Assembly: GCA_965198225.1 (NCBI GenBank)
Contig: CBDAOY010000007.1
Span: 384,001 to 448,000, forward strand
Direction: 5' to 3'
Source of the DNA: Terriglobia bacterium
GTDB lineage: Bacteria; Acidobacteriota; Terriglobia; 20CM-2-55-15
Length of the DNA: 64,000 nt
The notes under the pieces are model-generated. The model had not been told where the DNA came from. It saw nothing but the letters and a program-made list of their open reading frames with translations, and ran no database searches. Positions 21,991 through 32,003 of this stretch are shown here, one piece after another. Position numbers and translations under genes: made by a program. The stretch's first letter is position 1, and each line of letters begins with the position of its first letter.

Positions 21991-22315
21991 AAGTCGTTGA
22001 AAACCAATTGATCGATCCACTTGAAAAAACCTCCTGTCGACTGCATGGAACGCGGATATGCTTCGAGAGTCCAGGCCACGGTGAGCAGCTGACGCCCCGA
22101 TCGGCCAGTCCACTCTCCTGCCGGTTCTCGATGGCCCGGGGAGCTCGAGTCTCCGCTCCCCCTCGTGGACCTTGCACATTCATCGCCAAGACCTAACACG
22201 AACTTGGCGGGCCATTCGGACGAGGGTCATCTGTTATATCCTGCTCGTGCGCTCAGCCCGAAATACGGCTCCTCGGCAAATCTGGATCGAATCTGACGGG
22301 ATCCGCAACCACGAC

Positions 22316-25195
22316 ATGAGACGACATCCGGCGATCTTTCTCCTGCTAGTCCTTCTGTTCGCAGGCGCCTCCTCGTCGCCCTTCGGAGCCGGTTCGCGCC
22401 AGGCGCCAGACACTTCGCCCGAGGGGGCCTTGAGTGTCGGGGATCTACGGACCGAATACTCGACGAACCCCGTAGGAATCGACGTCCGTCGTCCACGATT
22501 GAGCTGGAAGCTCTATTCTTCGGATCGCGGCGTCATGCAGAGCGCCTACCGGTTGCAAGTAGCTGCCGACATCGACAGCCTGGGAACTACCGATCGGTTG
22601 GTCTGGGACAGCGATATTGTGGAGACGGATCAGTCCATCCATCAGGAATACTCGGGGCCCGCCGTCCGGTCGCGGCAACGCTATTACTGGCGGGTGAAGG
22701 TATGGGCCGGCGATCGCGAGTCCGAGTGGAGCGAGCCCGCCTTCTGGGAAATGGCGTTGCTGAACCAGGCGGACTGGGCGGCCGAGTGGATCACGAGTTC
22801 CGGACCTGACGACCCATCCGTGTCCGGTCCCTCCCCCTATTTCCGGCGGTCTTTTTCGTTAGGTGCGAGAATTCGCTCGGCCCGAATCTATGCCACCAGC
22901 CACGGGGTCTACGAGCTCCACCTCAACGGCAGCCGTGTCGGAGACCGTGTCCTGGCTCCCGGCTTCGCCAGCTACAACCGCCGGTTGCCGTACCAGACCT
23001 ATGATGTCACCGATCTCGTGAGCGTCGGGGACAACAGCATCGGCGCCGTGCTCGGCGACGGATGGTACCGCGGGTTTCTCGGCTTTCCGGGGGATCGCAA
23101 CGTCTTCGGGACGCGGCTCGGACTCCTGGTGCAGCTCGAAGTCGTTTATGACGACGGCACGCGTGAACGGGTTTCATCCGACGAACTATGGAGGGTCTCG
23201 ACCGGGCCGATTCTGGCTTCCGACATCTACAACGGCGAAAGCTACGACGCGAGAGCCGAGATGGACGGGTGGTCGGGCCCGGGATATGACGACTCCTCGT
23301 GGCTCCCGGCCGAAGCCTACAGCGCTGACCGTGGAACACTCGTCGCCGATCTCTCCCCCCCGGTGCGCCGAATTCAGGAGATAGCTCCCGTCGGGCTCCT
23401 CGCGGGCCCTTCCGGCGAAACCATCGTGGACATGGGACAGAACCTGGTGGGCTGGGTGCGACTCCGTGCCAAAGGAGAGAGGGGGACAACGATCCGGTTG
23501 ACCCACGCCGAAGCCCTGGATCCGGACGGTGGTTTGTACACCGACAACCTGCGGGCGGCTGCGCAAAGGGACACCTACATCCTGAGGGGAGACGTCGAGG
23601 AGTGGTTCGAACCCCATTTCACCTACCATGGATTCCGTTACGTTCGCGTCGACGGGTATCCGGGAGAACTCGGTCTCGACGACGTGACTGGCATCGTTGT
23701 CCACTCCGACCTGGACCAGACCGGCAGTTTCGAAACCTCCGACCCCGACATCAACCAGTTGCAACACAACGTCCTGTGGAGCCAGAAGGGGAATTTCCTG
23801 GCGATTCCCGCCGACTGCCCGCAGCGGGACGAAAGACTGGGCTGGACGGGAGACGCACAGCGGTTCGTTCCGACGGCGAGTTTCAACATGAATGTTGCCG
23901 GGTTCTTCACCGGGTGGCTGCGCGACCTTGCAGCGGATCAGTACGATGACGGCAGCGTCCCTTGGGTCATACCGGATGTCCTGACCTCACGTGGACCCGC
24001 GACGACGTCCGGGGTTCCGACGGCGGGGGTTGCGGGTTGGTCCGACGCCGCGATCATCGTTCCATGGGAGCTCTACTTGCGTTACGGCGACGTGAGGATA
24101 CTGGAAGAACAGTACCCGAGCATGCAGGCGTGGCTTTCCTACGCCGTTGTCCAGGCCGGCGACGACCTGGTGTGGAAGCCCGGTTTTCACTTCGGCGACT
24201 GGCTGGGGGAGACGGAAACGCCGGCCGATCTCATCGCCACCGCCTACCTGGCTCACTCGAGCCACCTCATGTCGCGCATCGCATCGGTCCTCGGTCTTGA
24301 AACAGACTCCGCGGAGTATGAATCGCTGTTCGCGCGTGTGAGAGACGCGTTTCGGGAAGAGTTCGTGGACGCGTTCGGTAGTCTCCGCCACGAGAGCCAG
24401 TCGGGCTATGCACTGGCACTACGGTTCGACCTGCTGCCGGATGAGGACCGGGGCCGCGCTATCGCGAGTCTTGTGCGCGACATCCGTCGGCGGAACACGC
24501 ACCTGAGTACGGGTTTGGTGGGGACTCCGCATCTGTGCCCTGTCCTGGCAGCCGGTGGACGCGCAGACGTTGCCTACGACCTGTTGTTCCAGACCACGGT
24601 TCCGTCCTGGCTGTTTCCGGTACGGTCGGGCGCCACCACCATGTGGGAGCAGTGGCGTGGGATCGAACAGGGCGTTTTCGCGGACGCCGAGATGAATTCG
24701 CTGAACCACTCTGCCGGCGGTGCCGTCGGGGAATGGATGTACTCGACGATCGCCGGCATCCACGCCGACGCCGCCGAGCCGGGCTTCAAACACGTGGTCG
24801 TGAACCCCATACCTGATTCGCGTCTGAGCTACGCGCGGGCGTCGCTGGAGACGGGATATGGCACCGTCAGTACCGGCTGGAGCAGGGAAGGGGATCGCAC
24901 GTTGCTGCTGGAGGTTGACATCCCGGCGAACAGCCGGGCGACCATCCGGCTCCCAGAGGCTGTTCCCGACAGCGTGAGCGAGAGCGGCAACCGCCTGGAT
25001 GAGGTCGCCGGCGTCGGCGCGGTTTACGAAACCGGTCGGGCGACGGTCATCGAGATCGGCTCCGGAGCCTACAGGTTCTCCTACGATATGCTGCTCGACG
25101 TGTCCGGGGAAACAGCGACCGTTCCGTCAAGGCTTACGCTTCTGTTCCTGGCGTTGGCGTTGATTGTTATGATGGCATACCACTGGAGAAGGTGA
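22316..25195 (+). CDS. Alpha-L-rhamnosidase (GH78)
   Basis: DMGQNLVG, HFTYHGFRYV, DCPQRDERLGWTGD, GATTMWE, NSLNH; signal peptide and C-terminal TM. Confidence 0.93.
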   Translation: MRRHPAIFLLLVLLFAGASSSPFGAGSRQAPDTSPEGALSVGDLRTEYSTNPVGIDVRRPRLSWKLYSSDRGVMQSAYRLQVAADIDSLGTTDRLVWDSDIVETDQSIHQEYSGPAVRSRQRYYWRVKVWAGDRESEWSEPAFWEMALLNQADWAAEWITSSGPDDPSVSGPSPYFRRSFSLGARIRSARIYATSHGVYELHLNGSRVGDRVLAPGFASYNRRLPYQTYDVTDLVSVGDNSIGAVLGDGWYRGFLGFPGDRNVFGTRLGLLVQLEVVYDDGTRERVSSDELWRVSTGPILASDIYNGESYDARAEMDGWSGPGYDDSSWLPAEAYSADRGTLVADLSPPVRRIQEIAPVGLLAGPSGETIVDMGQNLVGWVRLRAKGERGTTIRLTHAEALDPDGGLYTDNLRAAAQRDTYILRGDVEEWFEPHFTYHGFRYVRVDGYPGELGLDDVTGIVVHSDLDQTGSFETSDPDINQLQHNVLWSQKGNFLAIPADCPQRDERLGWTGDAQRFVPTASFNMNVAGFFTGWLRDLAADQYDDGSVPWVIPDVLTSRGPATTSGVPTAGVAGWSDAAIIVPWELYLRYGDVRILEEQYPSMQAWLSYAVVQAGDDLVWKPGFHFGDWLGETETPADLIATAYLAHSSHLMSRIASVLGLETDSAEYESLFARVRDAFREEFVDAFGSLRHESQSGYALALRFDLLPDEDRGRAIASLVRDIRRRNTHLSTGLVGTPHLCPVLAAGGRADVAYDLLFQTTVPSWLFPVRSGATTMWEQWRGIEQGVFADAEMNSLNHSAGGAVGEWMYSTIAGIHADAAEPGFKHVVVNPIPDSRLSYARASLETGYGTVSTGWSREGDRTLLLEVDIPANSRATIRLPEAVPDSVSESGNRLDEVAGVGAVYETGRATVIEIGSGAYRFSYDMLLDVSGETATVPSRLTLLFLALALIVMMAYHWRR

Positions 25196-25980
25196 TGGTC
25201 CCTAGAATAGGCTGGGCGATGGCGCTGTCGTTCCTCCTGACCTCCGCTGGAGCGCTGTCTCAAGACGCCACGAAGACGAACTATCGTTCAGGTTACCGCG
25301 GGGTCTGCCGCGCGAGCGTGCAATTCCCGGACGAATCCCCGTTTCGCTACCGGTGCCGCATTCCCAACCGCCGGGCGATTCAGATTCCCATCAACCCGGC
25401 GCATCTCGACGTGATCACGACGGTTTCGGTGTGTGCGCTAGGACGTCTCACGCGGCGTGACGACGATGCCCCGTGCGGCTTTTCTGGCGCGACCGCGCTC
25501 TGGAGCGCACGGCCGACGAGAAGCATCGAGATGTCGAACACCGGTCTTTCGTTTGGCGACCCTCCCGAAGAGCCCGACGAGGTGTACATCCTCGTGGAAG
25601 TAAATTGGGACGGCAGGTTTCCCGAGGAGGGGAACCTTTTCACGATCGGCTACGCAAGCCTGTCGCGCGCGATCCGGCAGATGAAGGTTCGCCTGGAAGG
25701 CACCCCCGCCGCGGCGACGCTGACGCCCGATGACACGACGATAAGGATCGGAGAGGCCGGTCACGTAAAGTTGTTGGCGGCGCGCAAATCGCGGAACGCG
25801 ATCTGGGTGCAGCAGGGCGAGGCCGTGCTGGTGGGAGGCGGCCGGAGTTATTCACTGAGACTCAACGTGGCCCGCACTGTTCCCGCGGGTGAATACGAAA
25901 TCCGCACCAACGGATACCTTCCCGAAGGAACGGGCCGCGGCTTCCTCGAGATCGAAGCAGAATACGAGACGGGGCCATAA
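25192..25980 (+). CDS. Hypothetical secreted protein
   Basis: Signal peptide; overlaps the GH78 stop. Confidence 0.6.
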   Translation: MMVPRIGWAMALSFLLTSAGALSQDATKTNYRSGYRGVCRASVQFPDESPFRYRCRIPNRRAIQIPINPAHLDVITTVSVCALGRLTRRDDDAPCGFSGATALWSARPTRSIEMSNTGLSFGDPPEEPDEVYILVEVNWDGRFPEEGNLFTIGYASLSRAIRQMKVRLEGTPAAATLTPDDTTIRIGEAGHVKLLAARKSRNAIWVQQGEAVLVGGGRSYSLRLNVARTVPAGEYEIRTNGYLPEGTGRGFLEIEAEYETGP

Positions 25981-26005
25981 GCCCCGAGGCGGATCTTCCG
26001 AGGAG

Positions 26006-26172
26006 GTGTAGGGGCGTTCTATGACCGCACATTCTTCGGGCCGAAACGATGTGCGCTCATAGAGCGCACCTACACCCAGACAAGAGATGTGCGCTCGGGC
26101 AACTGTAGGGGCGGTCTATGACCGCACATTCTTCGAACCGAAGCGATGTGCGCTCATAGAGCGCCCCTACAC
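26006..26172. repeat. Two tandem GTAG REP doublets
   Basis: 26006-26075 and 26104-26172, between convergent genes. Confidence 0.85.
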
Positions 26173-26190
26173 AGAAATCCTGGCTGGCAA

Positions 26191-26817
26191 TCAATGTCGC
26201 CGGCGAAGCCCCGGCCCGCGGCTCGACGTTTCCCGAGTGTAGATAAAGTCTCCGAACGCCGAATCGTCGTAGTTTGACGCGTTGGCCGCTACGTTGAGAA
26301 CGATGGTTCCGGTCGGATGTTGCGGGGCTATCCATCGAACACCCCAGCGCGTGGTACCGTCCGCCCCCACCAGGCTTCCGGCCTCGGTCTGCCGCGCGTA
26401 CTGAACAATCCGGTCTTCTGCCGTGACTACTTCAACCCGTTCGTCGATTGATTCCAGGGAACCCGCCTGCCGTCCGGCGTCCGGGCCGTCCTGAAATCGC
26501 ACCGCCGCCGCAAAGCCGCCCCGGGCGATTTCTGGACGGGCGAGGAGGATCTCGATCAGGTATTCGACGCCGGGGACATAGTCTTCAGGAATGCCTGCCA
26601 GAATCAAGGATCCGGCCGAATCGTTCAGGTCACTGTCGAAGTGGCAGGTGTGGCAGGTGTCGTCGCCGAAGCCGCCCGCGGTCGCAGGTGGCGGTCCGTC
26701 GACGTGCGCCATACCCGTACCTGTAGACAACAGGCCTATGCACAGAACCGCACCTCCGGCGGCCAGGGTGCGGAGGAAGGGACGAGCCGACCAACACTCC
26801 AAAAGCCACGTCGTCAA
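26191..26817 (-). CDS. Reeler/choice-of-anchor V-like secreted protein with CxxCH
   Basis: GGFGDDTCHTCH, WGVRWIAP, NVAANASNYDDSAFGDFIY. Confidence 0.7.
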   Translation of the reverse strand: MTTWLLECWSARPFLRTLAAGGAVLCIGLLSTGTGMAHVDGPPPATAGGFGDDTCHTCHFDSDLNDSAGSLILAGIPEDYVPGVEYLIEILLARPEIARGGFAAAVRFQDGPDAGRQAGSLESIDERVEVVTAEDRIVQYARQTEAGSLVGADGTTRWGVRWIAPQHPTGTIVLNVAANASNYDDSAFGDFIYTRETSSRGPGLRRRH

Positions 26818-26838
26818 ACGCCCGTCCCCACCCGGAAA

Positions 26839-27834
26839 CTAATGGTCCGTCAGAGGCAGGGGAATCAGAGCCCGGCCGACGGTGTTCGTATCGGTTCCGA
26901 ACCAGATTTCGCGCGTCGAGGGTTCGTACACCATATGACGCACAGTCCCGCCGCCGCTGTCGATCTCGGTCACGCTGAAGAATATCTCCCTTTCGGAATC
27001 GAACCCGACCAGGCGGTTTGTCCCGGGGTTCGTCTCGAAAAACCAGAGACGATCGTTGTCATCGGAAGTCATTGCATAGGGACGGGATCCCATTCCGCCG
27101 GGTGTCAGCCACTCCTTGACTTCTCCGGTAGTCGGATCGAGGCGTCCGAGGTGGCCCCGCGCGTAGTCCACGTACCAGACCGCATCGTCCGACGTCAGGG
27201 CCATGCGCCGCGGTCGGCTGTCGGCGTTCGGAAGCTCGTGTTCGGTGAGTTCCAGCGTCTTCGGATCGATCGACGCGATCTTGTTCGTTCCGAATTCCAC
27301 CACCCACGGGACGCCTTTGGAGTTGACCACGATACCGTAGGGTCGAGCCCTGGGCGTCGGAACCTTGATCAGGCTGACCTCTTCCAGGCTGGGCGTCAGC
27401 CGCCCCACGAAATTGCCCCCTTGAACGGTGAACCACATGCTGCCCGTTTGATCGAAGTGCATCGTGTGCGGATCGCGCGCATCCGGGTTCGGCATGGGAA
27501 ACTTCTTGATCTCGCCTGTCTTCGGATCGAGCCGGCCGATGTGGGCGGCTCGATTGCCCGTGTACCAGGCGTAGCCCTCGGGGCCCGTGACGACGCTGTG
27601 GGGCCCGGCTCCTTCTTCCAGGTCGTACCGCTTGAAGTCTCCGGTCTCGGGGTCGAGAAGCCCGACGTAGTCTGCTCTCTGGCCCACGAACCAGATCTGG
27701 TTCCCGTTTCCATAGTACGGATCCCGCGGCCGGGTGTTCTCCCAGGGGACCTCCCACTCGGTGACTTGAACCTGGGTCTGCGGTGCCTGGGCAAACCACG
27801 ATAGAAGCAAAAGTAGAGTTGCGTGGTATACCAT
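26839..27834 (-). CDS. Vgb (virginiamycin B lyase)-like beta-propeller, secreted
   Basis: Repeats GPH/DPH/RPY..WF/WY..IGRLDP. Confidence 0.85.
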   Translation of the reverse strand: MVYHATLLLLLSWFAQAPQTQVQVTEWEVPWENTRPRDPYYGNGNQIWFVGQRADYVGLLDPETGDFKRYDLEEGAGPHSVVTGPEGYAWYTGNRAAHIGRLDPKTGEIKKFPMPNPDARDPHTMHFDQTGSMWFTVQGGNFVGRLTPSLEEVSLIKVPTPRARPYGIVVNSKGVPWVVEFGTNKIASIDPKTLELTEHELPNADSRPRRMALTSDDAVWYVDYARGHLGRLDPTTGEVKEWLTPGGMGSRPYAMTSDDNDRLWFFETNPGTNRLVGFDSEREIFFSVTEIDSGGGTVRHMVYEPSTREIWFGTDTNTVGRALIPLPLTDH

Positions 27835-27930
27835 TCGTGAGTTCCTCCTGAAGATGAAGCTTCAGAACATCATACTGATTTTGGCCCGGACTGGAACTGG
27901 AATCGACACCAAAGGAACAGGAGCGTCGAG

Positions 27931-28389
27931 TTGAACGGAACCGTGACCCACATTTTCACGACACCGGTTGCCGCCGGCAGCCTTGAATCGCGTACCGAGG
28001 TACAGGCAGTGCCGGGACTGGGCTTGGAAGGCGATCGCTACTACAACCGTTGCGGCACCTTTTCGGAGGACGCCTCGGGCCACGATCGGGAACTGACACT
28101 GATTCAGATCGAACATATCGAGGGCCTGAAAGACAGTTTGGGAATCGAATTGGCTCCTTCCGAAGCGCGCCGGAACATCGTTACGCGCGGTCAAAACCTG
28201 AACGACCTGGTCGGGTCCGAGTTCATCGTGGGTGAAGTGAAGCTGCGTGGAATCCGGCTCTGCGAGCCCTGCGCCCACATGGAGGAACTTGCCGGGAAGC
28301 AAGTCCTGAACGGACTGGTCCACAAGGGCGGTTTGCGCGCGCAAATCATCGAGGGCGGTCTGATCAAAGTCGGCGATCCGGTTGTGTAG
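27931..28389 (+). CDS. MOSC-domain protein
   Basis: GLEGDRY, ARRNIVTRG, LCEPCAH, GGLRAQIIEGG. Confidence 0.9.
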   Translation: MNGTVTHIFTTPVAAGSLESRTEVQAVPGLGLEGDRYYNRCGTFSEDASGHDRELTLIQIEHIEGLKDSLGIELAPSEARRNIVTRGQNLNDLVGSEFIVGEVKLRGIRLCEPCAHMEELAGKQVLNGLVHKGGLRAQIIEGGLIKVGDPVV

Positions 28390-28534
28390 GTGCGGTCTAT
28401 GACCATTCTTGTGCAAGATAGCTTTTCGAGAGCGGGGTTTTGGAGACGCCAATGTCCAAAGGGAGGTGTAGGTGCGGTCTATGACCGCACACTCTTCGAC
28501 CGGGACGATGTGCGGCCATAGACCGCACCTACAC
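28384..28534. repeat. Partial REP (overlapping MOSC stop) plus REP doublet 28466-28534
   Basis: GTGTAGGTGCGGTCTATGACC motif. Confidence 0.8.
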
Positions 28535-28868
28535 CCGATCTTCGAGGCAATGAAACCCATAAGGCGTCTTCCTATCAAAGGGTCGCAAGGCCGGTTTTCT
28601 TTGACACTGCCAGCAGAGGGCGATAGATTCCCTCCAAATTCCTGAAACCGCATTCGTGAAGGCGGACAGGAAGGAGGGCACTGGGTGAGGTTCCTGCCGG
28701 GTCTCGTGGCGTTGATACCCCCCTTCTGCCGCCTCTCGATCGATCCCGAAACATATCCACTTGCTCGACGCCGCCGGACGGTTGTCCGGCAAAAGTGCGT
28801 CGCGCAGGCGACGATCATCTGAAGCCGTTGGGGGAGCGCAACGGACCAGGCGAGTAAAGGAGCCAGCT

Positions 28869-29633
28869 ATGACTGCCGTGACATTGATACGAAGACTCTT
28901 CAAGGGGAATGAAGGTGTGGCCACCTCGTTGATCGAGGCTGCAGCCACCGTGGCGCTGGGGGCGATGCTGGCGACTGTGGCTCTGGCAGGCGGGCTTGAC
29001 GCCGTCGATGATTCCAAGATCCAGGGCGCCGTCTCGGACGCGAACGTCATCGCGCAGGGTGTCGTCAAGTTCTACCAGGACACTTCCATCTTTCCGCTCT
29101 TCAAGGACGGCAACGCCGTCGGTCCTCGCGATGATTACTTCAACAACCTGGTCTCGGAGAATGGAACTTATCCGACGGATCCGACCGGGACCTGGGACAT
29201 CCCCGCCAGTCCCGACACCTACAATTCCAACTCCGAGCGGTTCGGGCATGAAGTCAGCTCGACCGACGACACGATTGAAGGGCATATGATTCGGAATCGG
29301 CTGGGCTGGACCAGCACGGACGGGGGGTTGACCTTCTTGGGAACGGCGACCTACCCCGAGCGAGGGACTGTTCCGGGCGATCCCCGCCGCGGTTGGTCGG
29401 GGCCCTACGTGGTGATGATGTCGAAAGCCGACCCGTGGGGCGGAAAGTACCTCATCAACGTTCGAAAGCTGCACGTAAAGCACTTCGTCGACATCGGAAG
29501 TACCGGCGTGCTGCCGAACGTCGCCGTGATAGTGGTTTCAGCCGGTCCGAACCGGACCCTGGAGACTCCCGCGGACCAGACAGGGAAAGATTTCCTCGCG
29601 CTCGGCGACGACGTCGTGTTCCGGATCAAGTAG
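28869..29633 (+). CDS. Pilin/pseudopilin-like (GspG-like) protein
   Basis: Basic leader, G..SLIE and hydrophobic helix; C-terminal DPWG and SAGPN motifs. Confidence 0.7.
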   Translation: MTAVTLIRRLFKGNEGVATSLIEAAATVALGAMLATVALAGGLDAVDDSKIQGAVSDANVIAQGVVKFYQDTSIFPLFKDGNAVGPRDDYFNNLVSENGTYPTDPTGTWDIPASPDTYNSNSERFGHEVSSTDDTIEGHMIRNRLGWTSTDGGLTFLGTATYPERGTVPGDPRRGWSGPYVVMMSKADPWGGKYLINVRKLHVKHFVDIGSTGVLPNVAVIVVSAGPNRTLETPADQTGKDFLALGDDVVFRIK

Positions 29634-29657
29634 TTCTATCGAATCAACGGGGGACCC

Positions 29658-30863
29658 GTGGGAAAGATCGAACAACGGTGGCGTTACGGTGTCAGCCGGC
29701 GCGAGGCTCTTCTCAGTCTTGCTGGAATGCTGGCCGGCTCGCCGCTCCTGGGAGCCCAACACGACCCGCGTCCGCTGAGGGACCACAAACGGGTGCCGGG
29801 CCTCGCCGAGATGCTGACAGCCTTCGATTTCGAGCCCATCTGTTTCGCGAACATGCCCTTGAGGCAGTACGACTACATGGCCCACGGGACCGATTCGGAG
29901 TTCACGCTGCGGCGGAACCGAGAAGCGTTCGATTGGGTCGACCTGATCGATGGGGAGGGTGCGTCGGCCGACTCCGTCGACACCTCCACCGAGTTGCTGG
30001 GGCTCCGGATGGACTATCCAATCATGGTTGCGCCCAGCGCCCGGCAGGGCGATCTGCACCCGGACGGCGAGGCCGGCATGTACGTCGGGGCGACGGCCGC
30101 CGGTACACCGATGATCGTTGCCAACGGTCCATCTGTTCCGCTTGAGGAAATCGCAGCGAGTGCGGACGGACCGCGGTGGTCTCAGCTTTACGGTACCTCG
30201 AACCTGGAGGGTAACCGGCAGCGGATCGAGCGTTTTCAGGCCGCGGGAGCTCAGGGCGTCGTGGTCACGATCGATCAGCAGGCCACCCGCTTCGAACGCG
30301 ACCTGCACGACCGGCATCTTGGAGGCAACCCGTCGGCATTCAGCGGCGGGGCGATCACGGAACCACCGACGGAGGGGGCAGCCCGCTACGGTATCAGCGA
30401 TCGCAGGCTGTGGTACTCCTGGGAGTTTCTCGACTACGTCCGGCCGCTCATCGACGGCCCCATGCTGATCAAAGGCATCCTGCGAGCCGACGACGCGGAA
30501 ACCTGCGTCGAGCGGGGATACGACGGCATCATTGTCTCGAATCACGGCGGCCGGTCGATGGACTATGAGCCCTCGACGCTGGAAGTCCTGCCGGAAATCG
30601 TGGACGCGGTGGCCGGTCGGATCCCCGTCCTCATCGACAGCGGCTTCCGGCGAGGCAGCGACATCGTCAAGGCCATCGCGCTGGGCGCGAGCGCGGTCTG
30701 TCTGGGCCGTGCGGCGCGCTGGGGTCTGGGAGCCTTCGGTCCTTCGGGTGTTGAACGCCTTCTGGAGATCCTGCAGGCCGAGTTTCGCGTAGCAATGGCA
30801 AGGACGGGACGCGCCTCGCTGGCGGCTCTGGACAGAACGGTTGTGAGGACGGATTTCCCCTGA
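29658..30863 (+). CDS. FMN-dependent alpha-hydroxy acid dehydrogenase/oxidase
   Basis: LIKGIL, IIVSNHGGR, DSGFRRGSDIVKAIALGA. Confidence 0.9.
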   Translation: MGKIEQRWRYGVSRREALLSLAGMLAGSPLLGAQHDPRPLRDHKRVPGLAEMLTAFDFEPICFANMPLRQYDYMAHGTDSEFTLRRNREAFDWVDLIDGEGASADSVDTSTELLGLRMDYPIMVAPSARQGDLHPDGEAGMYVGATAAGTPMIVANGPSVPLEEIAASADGPRWSQLYGTSNLEGNRQRIERFQAAGAQGVVVTIDQQATRFERDLHDRHLGGNPSAFSGGAITEPPTEGAARYGISDRRLWYSWEFLDYVRPLIDGPMLIKGILRADDAETCVERGYDGIIVSNHGGRSMDYEPSTLEVLPEIVDAVAGRIPVLIDSGFRRGSDIVKAIALGASAVCLGRAARWGLGAFGPSGVERLLEILQAEFRVAMARTGRASLAALDRTVVRTDFP

Positions 30864-30870
30864 GGACAGG

Positions 30871-31890
30871 ATGATCAAACCGACACACTCCAGGCGTGAA
30901 GTCTTCGGAAACTTCGCGGCGCTCTTCGCGGGCGCTGCGTCCGCCCGCGCTCAGGGTTCGTCACCGAACCTTCCGCCGCGCGAAGAACTGGTCAACACCT
31001 TCGAGTTCGAGGATGTCGCAAAGCTCAGACTCTCGGAGGAGGCGTATGCGACGATCGCCGGCAGCGACCGCGCCGCCTTCGACCGGATGACGTTCCGGCC
31101 CCGTCGGATGATCCCGACAGTCGACATGGACCTGTCGAGCGAGCTGTTCGGGGACCGTCACTTCACGCCGATTCTCGTGGGTCCGGTTGACGAACAGCGG
31201 CAGTACCATCCGGACGGCGAGCTGGAGGCGGTGCGCGGGGCTGCAGCGGGCCGAGCCGGGGTTGTCGTCAGCAGCCGGTCCAGCGCACCGATCGCCGAGA
31301 TTGCAGCCGAAGCCCGGACACCGCTCTGGTACTCGGTTCCGGCCGATTCAGACGCACTGGAACAAGCCCGGCGCGGCGTTCGGGCGGGGTGCCGTATCGT
31401 CTGCATCGACCTCGGTCGATCGGACCGAACACCAGGAACGTCGGTGGATTGGGGGATCCTGGATCAGACACGGCGGGGCTTGGACGTTCCCGTCGTTCTC
31501 AAAGGCGTGATGAAGCCCGGGGATGCGGAGAACGCCGTCGAGCGGGGCTTCGACGGGATTGTGGTCTCCAGCCACGGGGCAGTAGCCGACGCCGTCGGCG
31601 CTCCGATTTCCGTCCTCCCGTCCATCGTCGACGCCGTAGGAGGGCGTGCCACGATCCTCATCGATGGCAGCTTCCGGCGCGGTTCCGACATCCTGAAGGC
31701 GATGATCCTGGGAGCCCGGGGCGTAATGGTAGCCCGGCCGGTCATGTGGGGGCTGGCCGCGTACGGTGCCGACGGGGTTCAGAGCGTTCTCGAACTGCTC
31801 CAGAGCGCCTTTGCTCGCAACATGGGTTCGATCGGAGCGCCGGATCTGGCGAGCCTTGATCGAAGCATGGTGAGAATCGACACGCGGTAG
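30871..31890 (+). CDS. Degenerate paralogue of alpha-hydroxy acid dehydrogenase
   Basis: VLKGV, DGSFRRGSDILKAMILGA, but VSSHGAV in place of SNHGGR. Confidence 0.8.
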   Translation: MIKPTHSRREVFGNFAALFAGAASARAQGSSPNLPPREELVNTFEFEDVAKLRLSEEAYATIAGSDRAAFDRMTFRPRRMIPTVDMDLSSELFGDRHFTPILVGPVDEQRQYHPDGELEAVRGAAAGRAGVVVSSRSSAPIAEIAAEARTPLWYSVPADSDALEQARRGVRAGCRIVCIDLGRSDRTPGTSVDWGILDQTRRGLDVPVVLKGVMKPGDAENAVERGFDGIVVSSHGAVADAVGAPISVLPSIVDAVGGRATILIDGSFRRGSDILKAMILGARGVMVARPVMWGLAAYGADGVQSVLELLQSAFARNMGSIGAPDLASLDRSMVRIDTR

Positions 31891-32003
31891 CAGACAGCTA
31901 TCAGCGCACAGCTTTCAGCGTGCCGCTCCGAGAGCAACTTCCGGAACGCGACGACAGTCGCCTCCGATTGAGCTGATAGCTGAACGCTGATCGCTGACAG
32001 CTA
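31891..32003. repeat. Inverted heptamer-based repeats between convergent genes
   Basis: CAGCTATCAGC..GCTTTCAGC mirrored by GCTGATAGCTGAACGCTGATCGCTGACAGC. Confidence 0.55.

Noticed and set aside
26839-27834. Streptogramin resistance gene
   Set aside because: The Vgb-like fold is widespread and this protein has a signal peptide; resistance cannot be inferred from fold alone
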